Both the position numbers and the translations under genes were made by a program. Under the pieces are notes generated by a model, which was not told where the DNA came from, searched no databases, and was given only the letters and a program-made list of their open reading frames with translations. A stretch of 64,000 bases of DNA from positions 32,001-96,000 of the forward strand of contig JAWSUS010000005.1 of assembly GCA_033549025.1 (NCBI GenBank). The letters run 5' to 3'. Shown here one piece after another: positions 29,478 to 39,727 of this stretch (the stretch's first letter is position 1; every line of letters begins with the position of its first letter). This DNA is from Desulfuromonadales bacterium. Lineage in GTDB: Bacteria > Desulfobacterota > Desulfuromonadia > Desulfuromonadales > SZUA-540.

Positions 29478-30902
29478 ATGCTGATGTTGCTGATTTGTTT
29501 CCCCTTGGCCCTGGCCGCCCTGGCGGTGGCGCTGCCCTCCTTCCGGGTGCGGAGCTGGCTGCTGCCGGTCAGCGGTGTCCTGCACTTCGCGCTGGCCGTC
29601 GCCGTGGTCAGTCAAGGGAGCCCCGCCGCAACGCCCTGGCTTGGCCTCGATGCCCTCTCCCAGCTGGTCCTGCTGGCGACCAGTCTGCTCTACCTGGCCT
29701 GTTCCATCTATGCCGTTGCCTATCTCAACCTGCATTCGGAGCGGGGGAACCGCCTGATGGTCGCCTGCCTGCTGATCTTTCTGACGGCCATGACGCTGGC
29801 CATTACGGCGCGTCATCTGGGGCTGCTGTGGGTGGCGGTGGAGACGACGACCATCGCCAGCGCTCCGCTGATCTACTACAATCGTAACCGCCTCTCCATC
29901 GAAGCGACCTGGAAATATCTCATTCTCTGCTCGGTGGGTATCGCTCTGGCCATGGTCGGCATCCTCTTTGTGGCCTATGCGGCCCTCGGCAACGGTGTGC
30001 CGGTCAGCCTGCAGCTCGATGCGCTGCTGGCGGCGGGGCCGACCCTGGCCCGCCCCTGGCTGCATGCCGGTTTCGTCTTTCTGCTGGTCGGCTTCGGCAC
30101 CAAGATGGGGCTGGCGCCGCTGCACAGCTGGAAGCCCGATGCCTACGGCGAGGCGCCGGGTCTGGTCGGCGCTCTGCTGGCCGGCGGTCTGACTTCCGTG
30201 GCCTTTCTCGCCATCCTGCGCGGGGTGCAGCTGATGGGCGCGGCCGGCGATCTGGCCCTGGCCCGACAGATGCTGCTCGGCATGGGCCTGCTTTCGCTGC
30301 TGCTGGCAGCCATCTTCATGGTCCGGCAGGGCGACATCAAACGTCTGCTCGCCTATTCGAGCGTTGAACACATGGGGCTGCTGGCCGTGGGGGTCGGTAT
30401 CGGTGGTCTGGCCACCTTCGGCGCCCTGCTGCATCTGCTCAACAACGCCATGACCAAGGGCTGCCTCTTCCTCTGTGCTGGCAATATCCACCGGGCTTTT
30501 GCCAGCAAGCGCCTGCAGGATGTGCGGGGTGCGCTGTCGGTCTTGCCCGTCTCCAGCGCCCTTTTTCTGGCCGGCTTCCTGGCCATCACCGGCTCACCCC
30601 CCTTCGGCCCTTTCCTCAGCGAGTTCACCATGCTGCGCGGCATGTTCGCCGCTGGCCAGATGTGGGTGGGCGCTGTGGTACTGGTCTTGCTGGCCGTCAT
30701 CTTTATCGGCATGGGGGCTACAGTGCTGGCCGTGACCCAGGGGGAGGCGGAGGTGGAGCAGGTGCATTTCCGGGATCGGCTGCCGTTGGTGGCGCCGCCC
30801 CTCTTTCTGCTGCTGGTCGTGCTGGTGCTGGGGCTCTATCTGCCCGAACCACTGCAGCGCCTGCTGCGGGATGCCGCCGCTCTGCTGGAGGTGAACGCAT
30901 GA
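29478..30902 (+). CDS. ehrD: Ehr complex HyfF-like antiporter subunit
   Basis: EATWKY, GTKMGLAPLHSWKPDAYGEAP, KRLLAYSSVEHMG. Confidence 0.88.
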   Translation: MLMLLICFPLALAALAVALPSFRVRSWLLPVSGVLHFALAVAVVSQGSPAATPWLGLDALSQLVLLATSLLYLACSIYAVAYLNLHSERGNRLMVACLLIFLTAMTLAITARHLGLLWVAVETTTIASAPLIYYNRNRLSIEATWKYLILCSVGIALAMVGILFVAYAALGNGVPVSLQLDALLAAGPTLARPWLHAGFVFLLVGFGTKMGLAPLHSWKPDAYGEAPGLVGALLAGGLTSVAFLAILRGVQLMGAAGDLALARQMLLGMGLLSLLLAAIFMVRQGDIKRLLAYSSVEHMGLLAVGVGIGGLATFGALLHLLNNAMTKGCLFLCAGNIHRAFASKRLQDVRGALSVLPVSSALFLAGFLAITGSPPFGPFLSEFTMLRGMFAAGQMWVGAVVLVLLAVIFIGMGATVLAVTQGEAEVEQVHFRDRLPLVAPPLFLLLVVLVLGLYLPEPLQRLLRDAAALLEVNA

Positions 30903-32410
30903 TGCCCATCGTGAAAAATGGCGGGACCGTGCCGCTTGATGAGATCCCCGTCCTCGACTATGAGGTTTTCGGCCCCCGGTTGAAGGCCGATATGGAACAG
31001 GAGGGGAGGGTGGCCGCCTACTTCGGGCACCTGGCGGCGGAGGGCGAGGTGGAACTCTTTGCCCTGATCGCTCACGACTGGAAGGGGGAGCTGCATTTGC
31101 TGCGGTCACGGGTCGGCAGTCGTTTCCCTTCCCTGACCCCGGAAATTCCCCAGCTGCACCTCTTCGAGCGCGAGCTCGCCGAACAGTTCGGCGTGGTGCC
31201 CGAAGGCCATCCCTGGCTCAAGCCGGTGCGCTTCCATTCATCCTGGGTGCCTGAACGGGATGCCTGGGGCCGGTCGGCTGGGGGGCATCCGGTGCCGGGG
31301 GATATGGAATTCTACCGGGTTGAAGGGGAGGAAGTGCATGAAGTCGCCGTCGGGCCGGTGCATGCCGGGGTGATTGAGCCGGGGCATTTCCGCTTTCAGT
31401 GTCATGGCGAAAAGGTCATGCACCTGGAGATCTCCCTCGGCTTTCAGCATCGGGGACTCGAAGCCCTGCTGCACGGCGGCCCTCACGCCAGCACCCTGCA
31501 CCAGTTGGAGGCGGCGGCCGGAGACACGACCATCGGCCACGCCACCGCGTACTGCCAGGTGCTGGAGGCCTTAAGCGGCTGTGCGGTGCCGCCGAAAGGG
31601 CAGGTGCTGCGGGCGGTGGCGCTGGAGTTGGAGCGTCTGGCCAACCATGTCGGCGACATCGGCGCGCTCGCCGGGGATGTGGGCTTTCTGCCGACGGCCA
31701 GCTTCTGCGGCCGCATTCGCGGCGACTATCTCAACCTGAGCGCCGAACTGTGCGGCAGCCGTTTCGGGCGCGGGATGATTCGTCCCGGCGGGGTTGGTTT
31801 CGACGCCGACCCGGTGCTGGTCGCCCATCTTCTGCAGCGCCTGGCGGTGATCGAGCGCGATACGCGCGGGGCGATCGAACTCTTCTTCGACAGCCCCTCG
31901 GCCCTGGCCCGACTGGAGGGGACGGGGAAGGTCGCCACCGAGGACGCCGAATCCCTCGGTCTGGTCGGCATGGCGGCCAGGGCCTGTGGGTTGGCGGTCG
32001 ACTCCCGCATTCATCATCCGGCCGGGGCCTATGTCGACGACTTTGATCACGTCGTCCTGGAAGAGGGTGGGGATGTTTTCGCCCGGGCCCATGTGCGCCG
32101 ACGGGAGATCTACGATTCCATCAAACAGATCCGTTACTGGCTCAGCCGGCTGCCGGCCGGTGTGGCCCGAGCCGACGTGCCCCCGCTGGCGCCAGACAGT
32201 CTGGCCCTGTCGCTGACGGAGGGGTGGCGCGGCGAAATCGTGCATGTGGCCCTGACCGATGCCGCCGGCCGGTTTTCGCGCTACAAGGTCGTGGATTCCT
32301 CCTTCCGCAACTGGAACGGCCTGGCCATGGCCCTGCGCGAGGAGCAGATATCCGACTTTCCCTTGTGCAACAAGAGTTTCAATCTTTCCTACTGCGGCTT
32401 CGATCTGTAG
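30899..32410 (+). CDS. ehrL: Ehr large subunit (HyfG/NuoCD-like) lacking NiFe CxxC ligands
   Basis: VGPVHAGVIEPGHFRF, ELERLANH; AAGDTTIGH in place of RxCGxCxxxH and DFPLCNKSFNLSYCGFDL in place of DPCxxC. Confidence 0.88.
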   Translation: MMPIVKNGGTVPLDEIPVLDYEVFGPRLKADMEQEGRVAAYFGHLAAEGEVELFALIAHDWKGELHLLRSRVGSRFPSLTPEIPQLHLFERELAEQFGVVPEGHPWLKPVRFHSSWVPERDAWGRSAGGHPVPGDMEFYRVEGEEVHEVAVGPVHAGVIEPGHFRFQCHGEKVMHLEISLGFQHRGLEALLHGGPHASTLHQLEAAAGDTTIGHATAYCQVLEALSGCAVPPKGQVLRAVALELERLANHVGDIGALAGDVGFLPTASFCGRIRGDYLNLSAELCGSRFGRGMIRPGGVGFDADPVLVAHLLQRLAVIERDTRGAIELFFDSPSALARLEGTGKVATEDAESLGLVGMAARACGLAVDSRIHHPAGAYVDDFDHVVLEEGGDVFARAHVRRREIYDSIKQIRYWLSRLPAGVARADVPPLAPDSLALSLTEGWRGEIVHVALTDAAGRFSRYKVVDSSFRNWNGLAMALREEQISDFPLCNKSFNLSYCGFDL

Positions 32411-32430
32411 GCGGGGATGGAGAACGAGCT

Positions 32431-33183
32431 ATGCTGAAGATTATTGCTGAACGCTTTCGTCAGGGCTATCGGACCGGCAAGTACCCCAAGGAAGAGCCGG
32501 TGCTGCCGGAACGTTTTCGTGGGCTGCCCCGTCTGCAGCCGGGGCGCTGCCCCTCCGGCTGTGACGACTGTCTGCGCGGCTGCCCCTACGGCGCCGTGCA
32601 GCGGCAGGAGGGCAAAGTGGCGGTCGATATGGGGCTCTGCCTCTTCTGCGCCGACTGTACGGCCTGTACGCACGGCGCCCTCTCCTTCAGTGGCGATTAT
32701 CGGCTGGCGTCCCGCCGCCGCGACGGACTGGTGGTCGATGCGGACATTTACCCGCTGGCGGAAGCGCTTGACGCCCGCATGAAAAAACTGTTCGGGCGCT
32801 CCCTGAAGCTGCGCCAGGTCTCCGCCGGCGGCTGCAACGCCTGCGAAGCCGACCTCAACGTGCTCGGCACTCTGGTCTTTGACCTGGGCCGTTTCGGCAT
32901 CCAGTTCGTCGCCTCGCCGCGCCATGCCGACGGTATTCTGGTCACCGGGCCGGTCACTGAAAACATGAAGAGCGCCCTGCTCGACACCTACGCCGCCGTA
33001 CCCGAGCCAAAGCTGGTCATCGCCTCCGGCGCCTGCGCCATCGGCGGCGGCCCCTTCCGTGGCAGCCCCGAGTGTCACAACGGCCTCGGTGACCTGCTCC
33101 CCGTCGACCTCTATATCCCCGGCTGTCCGCCGCACCCCTACACGGCGCTGGATGGTCTGCTGCGTCTGCTCGGCCGCCTGTAA
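32431..33183 (+). CDS. ehrS: Ehr small subunit (ferredoxin-like N-terminus + NuoB/HyfI domain)
   Basis: CPSGCDDCLRGCP and CLFCADC, then GGCNACE, GACAIGGG, PGCPP. Confidence 0.88.
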   Translation: MLKIIAERFRQGYRTGKYPKEEPVLPERFRGLPRLQPGRCPSGCDDCLRGCPYGAVQRQEGKVAVDMGLCLFCADCTACTHGALSFSGDYRLASRRRDGLVVDADIYPLAEALDARMKKLFGRSLKLRQVSAGGCNACEADLNVLGTLVFDLGRFGIQFVASPRHADGILVTGPVTENMKSALLDTYAAVPEPKLVIASGACAIGGGPFRGSPECHNGLGDLLPVDLYIPGCPPHPYTALDGLLRLLGRL

Positions 33184-33202
33184 AAGGCGGCCGCTGCCGT
33201 CG

Positions 33203-33454
33203 TCAGAATTCGAGCTCTTCCTGCATGCGCAGGGTGAAGTTCTTGGCCCGCCCTGAGGGCGCGATGATGCCGTAGGCCATGGCCTCCTTGAGTTCCGCCT
33301 CGCTGGCTCCTGCTTCCTTCGCGACCGCGAAGTGCTTTTTCAGTCAGTCGGGGCAGCCGACGGCCACGGCGCAGGCCACCCGGATCAGTTCGCGGTGCTT
33401 GACGTCGATGACTTCTTCGTACTCGTAATCCAGAATTTTTTTACGGACTTTCAT
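33203..33454 (-). CDS. AhpD/CMD-like selenoprotein (CxxU), 83 aa with in-frame TGA
   Basis: MKVRKKILDYEYEEVIDVKHRELIRVACAVAVGCPD-U-LKKHFAVAKEAGASEAELKEAMAYGIIAPSGRAKNFTLRMQEELEF; TGA at 33344-33346; AGGAGG RBS; CMD-like pattern continues across the TGA. Confidence 0.85.
33317..33332 (-). promoter_or_regulatory. bacterial SECIS element
   Basis: CUUCGC-GGUC-GCGAAG hairpin starting 11 nt after the UGA, with GU in the apical loop. Confidence 0.75.
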
Positions 33455-33701
33455 CGTTCCTCCTCGCAAGCTGTTGGTTGCCCCATAGCCCGCGCCGGAC
33501 ACGGGCCAGTCAGGGGAAGGGCGGTGTAGGTTTCTGGCTACTCCCTCGTTTTTCCGCTAATTTCTTGACAGTTTCAAGGGGGCGTTGTAATTAAATCGGG
33601 TTTTCACGGACAGATGCAAGCTTTTTTGTCTGTCCAGACCGCCTTTAACCGCGATGTCCGCCGGCAATGACCTGCGGGGGAGATTTTCGCAAGGAGTGGG
33701 G

Positions 33702-34790
33702 ATGTCGAGTCAATTCGGAACGCTTTTCAGGATCTCAACCTTTGGTGAATCCCACTGCCCGGGAGTAGGGGTGGTGGTGGATGGCTGCCCGCCGAATATG
33801 GCGCTGTGCGAAGCCGATATCCAGGCGCAGCTTGACCGGCGCCGGCCGGGGCAGAGCGCGCTGACAACGCCGCGGGACGAGAAGGATCAGGTCGCCATCC
33901 TCTCCGGCGTCGAGCGGGGGCGCACCCTCGGCACCCCCATCTGCCTGCTGGTGGGCAACAAGGATTTTCGGCCAGGGGATTACACGGAGACGGACGATGT
34001 GCCCCGACCCTCCCATGCCGACTATACCTATCAGATGAAGTACGGTATCCGCGCCGCCAGCGGCGGCGGTCGGGCCAGCGCCCGCGAGAGCATCGGCCGG
34101 GTGGCCGCCGGCGCACTGGCCGAAAAATACCTGCGCGAGACCTACGGCATCGACATTGTGGCCTGGGTCAGCGCTATCGGCAGCGAAGAGGCCCCGGCGG
34201 TGGCTATGGACCGTATCAGCCGTGCCCAGGTCGACAGCTCGGACGTGCGCTGCCCTGACGCGGAGGCCGCCGAACGCATGGAGACAGCCATCCTGTCGGC
34301 GCGGGAGCAGCAGGATTCGATCGGCGGCGTCATCACCTGTGTTTGCCGGCAGGTGCCCGCCGGCCTGGGCGAGCCAATCTTTGACAAGCTCGAAGCGGCT
34401 CTGGCGGCGGCCATGCTCTCCATTCCGGCCAGCAAGGGTTTCGATATCGGCTCCGGTTTCGCCGGAGCCCGTATGCTCGGTTCCCAGCACAACGATCCTT
34501 TTGTGGCCAAGGGGGAGCGCCTCGGCACCCTCACCAACCATAGCGGCGGCGTGCAGGGCGGCATCTCCAACGGCGAACCCATCTATTTCCGCGTGGCCTT
34601 CAAACCGACGGCGACCATCGGCCAGCCCCAGCGTACCGCCGACTTTGCCGGCCGCGAGGTCGAACTCAAGGCCCGCGGCCGCCACGATCCTTGCGTGGTT
34701 CCCCGTGCTGTGCCCATTGTCGAGAGCATGGCGGCCCTGGTCCTCATGGACCTGCTGCTGCAGCAGAAGACGCGTCAGTCCCTGCGATGA
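33702..34790 (+). CDS. aroC: chorismate synthase
   Basis: [39 protein letters not shown]. Confidence 0.97.
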   Translation: MSSQFGTLFRISTFGESHCPGVGVVVDGCPPNMALCEADIQAQLDRRRPGQSALTTPRDEKDQVAILSGVERGRTLGTPICLLVGNKDFRPGDYTETDDVPRPSHADYTYQMKYGIRAASGGGRASARESIGRVAAGALAEKYLRETYGIDIVAWVSAIGSEEAPAVAMDRISRAQVDSSDVRCPDAEAAERMETAILSAREQQDSIGGVITCVCRQVPAGLGEPIFDKLEAALAAAMLSIPASKGFDIGSGFAGARMLGSQHNDPFVAKGERLGTLTNHSGGVQGGISNGEPIYFRVAFKPTATIGQPQRTADFAGREVELKARGRHDPCVVPRAVPIVESMAALVLMDLLLQQKTRQSLR

Positions 34791-34823
34791 CGCCCCTATC
34801 TATATCTGAAACGAGGTCATTCC

Positions 34824-35045
34824 ATGTCCAATCCCGCTGAATTCGTCAAGGCTTGTGTCGACGGCAAGGTCTGGCTCTTTTGCCCCGAGTGCCAAGAATC
34901 CAAGAACTTCAACGATGTCGAACACATCGATTCGGAAGGGCATCCCTCCTACTGGGGGACGGAGCCCTGGTGGCACGACACCCGCATCTTCAAGTGTCGC
35001 GACTGCGAGACGGTACAGCGCTCGACGCTGCACCTGCAGGAGTAA
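34824..35045 (+). CDS. small CxxC..CxxC zinc-ribbon-like hypothetical protein
   Basis: 73 aa, CPEC..CRDC, GAGG RBS. Confidence 0.7.
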   Translation: MSNPAEFVKACVDGKVWLFCPECQESKNFNDVEHIDSEGHPSYWGTEPWWHDTRIFKCRDCETVQRSTLHLQE

Positions 35046-35093
35046 AACAGTCTTGCCAACCTTATATGGGTAAAGCCAGATAGAACCCTGTAC

Positions 35094-35128
35094 AAAAAAA
35101 GCCGCCCGGTGCATCCACGGGCGGCTTT
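35094..35128. terminator. bidirectional intrinsic terminator
   Basis: AAAAAAAGCCGCCCG..CGGGCGGCTTT. Confidence 0.75.
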
Positions 35129-35151
35129 GCTCTTTTTAGGCGGGGGAGACC

Positions 35152-36807
35152 CTAGAGATATTTTTCCCGCAGGGTGGTCTTGCTGATCTTGCCGACGCTG
35201 GTCTTGTCGATGGCGTCGACGAAGCGCACCCGCAGCAGGATAATGGTTTTGGACAGCATCCCCGTTTCGGCGTAGTTGCGGGCATGGGCGACCAGCTCCT
35301 TCTCGGTGGTCTTCCCTTCGGACTCGGGCTTGAGCACGACCAGGGCCAGGGGACGCTCCCCCCACTTGTCGTCGGGCTGGCCGATGACCGCCACCTCGCT
35401 GACGGCGGGGTGGTGGGCGATGATATCCTCGATCTCCAGGGAGGAGATCCACTCGCCCCCGGACTTGATGACGTCCTTGGTGCGGTCGGTGATCTTGAGA
35501 TAGCCGCGGGCGTCGCGCACGGCCACGTCGCCGGTGTGCAGGTAGCCGCCGCGCCAGAGGTGCTCCGAGTTCTTGTGATCCTTGAGGTAGCCCTGCGTCA
35601 GCCAGGGGGCGCGCACGACGATCTCGCCGCCGCTGGCGCTGTCTGCCGGCACGTCCCGCATCTCCTCATCCACCAGACGGATATCCACCAACGGTATGGG
35701 CCGGCCGGTCTTGCAGCGGATTTCCGCCTGCTCTTCGGCGGGGAGTTCGAGCATCTCCGGGGTCAGGTGGGAAATGGTGAGGATGGGGCAGGTCTCCGAC
35801 ATGCCGTAGCCGGTGAAGAGATCGATGCCTCTGGCCATGGCCGCCAGGCAGAGGGACTTGGGCAGGGCGGCGCCGCCGATGATCACCTTCCAGTTCGACA
35901 GGTCGATTTTGTCGATGAGCGGGCTCTTCAGCAGCATGTGCAGGATGGTGGGGACGCAGTGGGAGAAGGTGACCTTTTCTTTGTCGATGAGTTCGAGCAG
36001 ATGATCGGGGACATAGCGTCCGGGGTAGACCTGCTTGACCCCCATGGCCGTGGCGACGTAGGGGAGACCCCAGGCGTGGACGTGAAACATGGGGGTGATG
36101 GGCATGTAGACGTCCTGCTGGTGAAAGCGTCCCTGGCTGGCCGGGGTGCCGACGGCGGCCAGCACGCCAAAGGTGTGCAGGACCAGCTGGCGATGGCTGA
36201 AATAGACCCCCTTGGGCAGGCCGGTGGTGCCCGTGGTGTAGAAAGTGGTGGCACGGGTGTTTTCGTCGAAGTCGGGGAAGTCGTAATGGGTCGGGCAGTC
36301 TTGCAGCAGGCTTTCGTACTCGCCGGCGAATTCGATCTGGGAGGCGGGCGTCTCGGCGCCATCCTGCAGCAGGACGTAGTTTTTCACCGTGTCGATGCGC
36401 CCCTTGATCTGTTCGAGAATGGGCAGGAAGTCGCTGTGGATGAGCAGCACATCGTCTTCGGCATGGTCGATGGTAAAGAGAATCTGGTCCGGCGACAGGC
36501 GGATGTTGACCGTGTGCAGCACGGCACCGATCATCGGCACGGCAAAGAAGCATTCGAGATAGCGATGGCTGTCGTAGTCCATGACCGCCACCGTGTCGCC
36601 GGGCTTGACCCCCAGCTTCTTCAGCGCGTGGGCCAGGCGGCAGATGCGCTGATGCAGGGTGCGGTAGTCGTAGCGCAACAGGTCGCGATAGACGATCTCC
36701 TGCTCGGGATTAGTGACCAGCGGGGTCTGCAGCAGATTCTTGATGAGTAGGGGGTAAGCATAAGCCGATTCAGTGCGGGTGATGACAGAGTCGCTCATGG
36801 CAGACAT
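35152..36807 (-). CDS. medium/long-chain fatty acid--CoA ligase (AlkK/DmdB-like)
   Basis: [43 protein letters not shown]. Confidence 0.9.
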   Translation of the reverse strand: MSAMSDSVITRTESAYAYPLLIKNLLQTPLVTNPEQEIVYRDLLRYDYRTLHQRICRLAHALKKLGVKPGDTVAVMDYDSHRYLECFFAVPMIGAVLHTVNIRLSPDQILFTIDHAEDDVLLIHSDFLPILEQIKGRIDTVKNYVLLQDGAETPASQIEFAGEYESLLQDCPTHYDFPDFDENTRATTFYTTGTTGLPKGVYFSHRQLVLHTFGVLAAVGTPASQGRFHQQDVYMPITPMFHVHAWGLPYVATAMGVKQVYPGRYVPDHLLELIDKEKVTFSHCVPTILHMLLKSPLIDKIDLSNWKVIIGGAALPKSLCLAAMARGIDLFTGYGMSETCPILTISHLTPEMLELPAEEQAEIRCKTGRPIPLVDIRLVDEEMRDVPADSASGGEIVVRAPWLTQGYLKDHKNSEHLWRGGYLHTGDVAVRDARGYLKITDRTKDVIKSGGEWISSLEIEDIIAHHPAVSEVAVIGQPDDKWGERPLALVVLKPESEGKTTEKELVAHARNYAETGMLSKTIILLRVRFVDAIDKTSVGKISKTTLREKYL

Positions 36808-36988
36808 TCCTTTCGTCCGTCAGGGTGATTGGTGAGATGGAGGCGCCCATTATGGCGCAAAATAAAGACCAAGGGTAGTCTCTCCTGTCCATTTTGTCGC
36901 CCAGCGGTCTTCTCAGGGCAAAAGCGGGATTTAACACTTCTCAAAAGAGGCCGTTTTAGGGTACTCTTCCTCGGTTGACAGGGAGAGG

Positions 36989-37861
36989 ATGGGGCCGCCT
37001 TTGTATCAGGATTTCATGCAATTTGTCTTTTCCGGGCTGACCAGCGGCGCCATCTATGCGCTTATCGCCCTGGGATTTTCCGTGGTCAACAACACCATGG
37101 GGATCGTCAACTTCGTGCAGGTCGACTTCGTCACTCTGGGGGGGATGCTGATGTTCTCCGCCCTCTTCGCCCTGGGCCTGCCCATGATGCCGGGCCTGCT
37201 GCTGGCCGTGGCCGGGGTGGCGCTGGTCGCCATGCTGGTGGAGCGTTTCGGTCTGCGCCCCTCGCGCTCGGATCACCATCTGGTGCTGATTTTCCTCACC
37301 GTCGGCCTCTCCATCATCCTGCGGGGGGTTATGAAGCTGGTGTGGGGCAAGAATCGCATGGCCCTGCCGCCCCTCTCCCCCGACCGCCCCATCGAGATCC
37401 TGGGGGCCACGGTGCTGCCGCAGGCCTTGTGGATCTTTGGGCTAACCCTCGTGGCCATCGTGCTGCTCAGCTGGTTTTTTTATCGCACCCCCCTGGGGCT
37501 GGCCATGCGGGCCGTCGCTTCCAACCCCACCGCCGCCGAAGTGGTGGGCATCCGCTCCGGTCGGGTGCGGGCCACCAGCTTCGCCCTGGCCGGCGCTCTC
37601 GGTGGTCTGGCCGGGGTATTGGTCACCCCCATTACCACGCTCAATTACGATGTGGGGGTTCTGCTCGGCCTCAAAGGCTTCGCCGCCGCCATTCTCGGCG
37701 GCTTCGGCTCCTTTCCGGGAGCCATTGCCGGCGGTCTGGCCCTGGGGCTGCTCGAGTCCCTCTCCGCCGGTTATCTCTCCAGCGCCTACAAGGACGTGGT
37801 CGCCTTCGTGGTGCTGCTGCTGGTGTTGTTCGTCAGGCCCAAGGGCCTGTTGGGAAAATAA
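36989..37861 (+). CDS. livH: branched-chain amino acid-type ABC permease
   Basis: GAIYALIALGF, GLAMRAVA, KGFAAAILGG, RPKGLLG. Confidence 0.88.
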   Translation: MGPPLYQDFMQFVFSGLTSGAIYALIALGFSVVNNTMGIVNFVQVDFVTLGGMLMFSALFALGLPMMPGLLLAVAGVALVAMLVERFGLRPSRSDHHLVLIFLTVGLSIILRGVMKLVWGKNRMALPPLSPDRPIEILGATVLPQALWIFGLTLVAIVLLSWFFYRTPLGLAMRAVASNPTAAEVVGIRSGRVRATSFALAGALGGLAGVLVTPITTLNYDVGVLLGLKGFAAAILGGFGSFPGAIAGGLALGLLESLSAGYLSSAYKDVVAFVVLLLVLFVRPKGLLGK

Positions 37862-37903
37862 TCTCACCCGGTTTCTGCTGGGGGCATGGAAGGTTTGTGG
37901 ACA

Positions 37904-39727
37904 ATGGAAAAACAGGTTCAACTTCTCATGGGAAACGAGGCCATCGGCCGTGGTCTGCTCGAAGCGGGCTGCCAGGTGGCCGCCGCCTATCCGGGGACGC
38001 CGTCGACGGAGGTGCTGCAGGCGGTCATCGACCGTCAGCACGAGGCGGTGGAGCCCCTGCATATCGAATGGTCCGTCAACGAAAAGATCGCTTTTGAGGT
38101 CGCTCTGGCCGCAAGCTACACCGGCAAGCGGGCGGCGGCGGTCATGAAGCAGGTGGGGCTCAACGTCGCTGCCGACGCCTTCATGCGCACGGCCTATCTC
38201 GGCGTCAAAGGGGGCCTGGTGGCCATTGTGGCGGACGATCCCGGCCCGCACAGTTCCCAGAACGAGCAGGACACCCGCCTCTTCTGCCTGTCGGCGCGGG
38301 TGCCGGTATTCGACCCGTCTACCCCGGCCGAAGCCAAGGCCATGGTGGCCGAGGCTTTCCTCTTGTCCGAGGAGTACGAAGTGCCGGTGGTGCTGCGGCC
38401 GACAACGCGCATCTGTCATTCGCGGCAGAACGTCGCTCTGGCGGAACCTGTCGCCCTGGGCCGCCGGGCCGCCTTTCAGAAGGATCCGGCCCGCTGGGCT
38501 GCCACGCCGGCCTTTTTGCCGGCTCTGCATCGCCAGCTCAATGACAAGCTGGAGCAGATCGCGCGGGAGCCGCGCCTGCAGCCGCACCTGACGGCTGGAG
38601 ACGGCAGTCTGGCGCGCACGGCCCTGGTGGCTTCGGGCATCGTCTACGGCCATCTCGTCGACCTGCTGGAGGAGTTGGGCCTGAGCGGCCGTTACGATCT
38701 CTTCCAGGTGACCATGCCCTATCCGCTGAGCCCGCTCTTTATCGAACAGCTACGCACAGGCTACGACCGGGTTCTGGTGCTGGAGGAGACCTATCCGGTC
38801 ATCGAGATGCAGCTGGCCCATGCCGGCGCGGTCGGTCGCCACAGCGGCGCCATCCCCCGCGAAGGGGAAATGACGCCGGACCTGGTGCATCGCGCCCTGG
38901 CCGACTTCCTCGGCCTGCCGCAGCCGGCGGCCCTGGCCAAGGCGGCGCCCGGCCGGCGGCCCTCCCTCTGTGCCGGCTGCCCGCATCGCACTTCCTTCTA
39001 CGCTATCAAAAAGACCTTCCCCAAGGGCATCTATCCCTCGGATATCGGCTGCTACACCCTCGGCATCAATTTGAAGGCCGTGGATACCGCTCACTGTATG
39101 GGGGCCTGCATCAGCCAGGGGGCCGGCTTCTACCAGGCCTATGCCCAGGATGGGGATTTTCCCACCATCGTGGTGACCATCGGCGATTCGACCTTTTTTC
39201 ATGCCGGTCTGCCGGCCCTGGTCAACGCCGTCATCCAGCAGGCGCGCATCATCGTCGTTATTCTCGACAACGCCACCGCCGCCATGACCGGCGGCCAGCC
39301 CGTTCCGCACCTGGGCTGGGCGGCCGGGGGACGGCCGACCCGGGCGGTGACTATCGAACCGCTGGTGCGGGCGGCAGGGGTGGACTTCCTCGAAGTCTGC
39401 GACCCCTACGACCAGGAACGTCTGGAGAAACTGCTGCGTCAGGCCGATGCGCATATCCGCAGTCCGCAGGGCGGGGTGGCGGTGATCATCTCCCGACACG
39501 GCTGCCTTATGGACAAGGCGGTGCTCAAGGGGCAGGCTCGCTTCGCCGTGACCATCAACGATGCCTGCGTCGGCTGCCGCAAATGTGTCGACCAGTTCGA
39601 GTGCCCGGCCATGTCCATGGATGAGGCTGGGGGCCGCGCCCTTATCGATCAGGATCGCTGCGTCGGCTGCGGCACCTGCATTCCCGTCTGCCCGGTGAAG
39701 GCGATCATCAAGGAGGCCCAGGCATGA
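37904..39727 (+). CDS. iorA: indolepyruvate:ferredoxin oxidoreductase alpha subunit
   Basis: LMGNEAI, YPGTPS, NEKIAFE, CAGCPHR, GDSTFFH (TPP), two C-terminal CxxCxxC clusters. Confidence 0.92.
   Translation: MEKQVQLLMGNEAIGRGLLEAGCQVAAAYPGTPSTEVLQAVIDRQHEAVEPLHIEWSVNEKIAFEVALAASYTGKRAAAVMKQVGLNVAADAFMRTAYLGVKGGLVAIVADDPGPHSSQNEQDTRLFCLSARVPVFDPSTPAEAKAMVAEAFLLSEEYEVPVVLRPTTRICHSRQNVALAEPVALGRRAAFQKDPARWAATPAFLPALHRQLNDKLEQIAREPRLQPHLTAGDGSLARTALVASGIVYGHLVDLLEELGLSGRYDLFQVTMPYPLSPLFIEQLRTGYDRVLVLEETYPVIEMQLAHAGAVGRHSGAIPREGEMTPDLVHRALADFLGLPQPAALAKAAPGRRPSLCAGCPHRTSFYAIKKTFPKGIYPSDIGCYTLGINLKAVDTAHCMGACISQGAGFYQAYAQDGDFPTIVVTIGDSTFFHAGLPALVNAVIQQARIIVVILDNATAAMTGGQPVPHLGWAAGGRPTRAVTIEPLVRAAGVDFLEVCDPYDQERLEKLLRQADAHIRSPQGGVAVIISRHGCLMDKAVLKGQARFAVTINDACVGCRKCVDQFECPAMSMDEAGGRALIDQDRCVGCGTCIPVCPVKAIIKEAQA

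Noticed and set aside
30899..33183. NiFe hydrogenase-4 / formate hydrogenlyase call
   Set aside because: The large subunit lacks both Ni-binding CxxC motifs, and there are no fdh or hyp genes in the window
33203..33454. Pseudogene reading of the CMD-like gene
   Set aside because: The TGA falls exactly at the second Cys of the CxxC motif and has a correctly spaced SECIS-like hairpin
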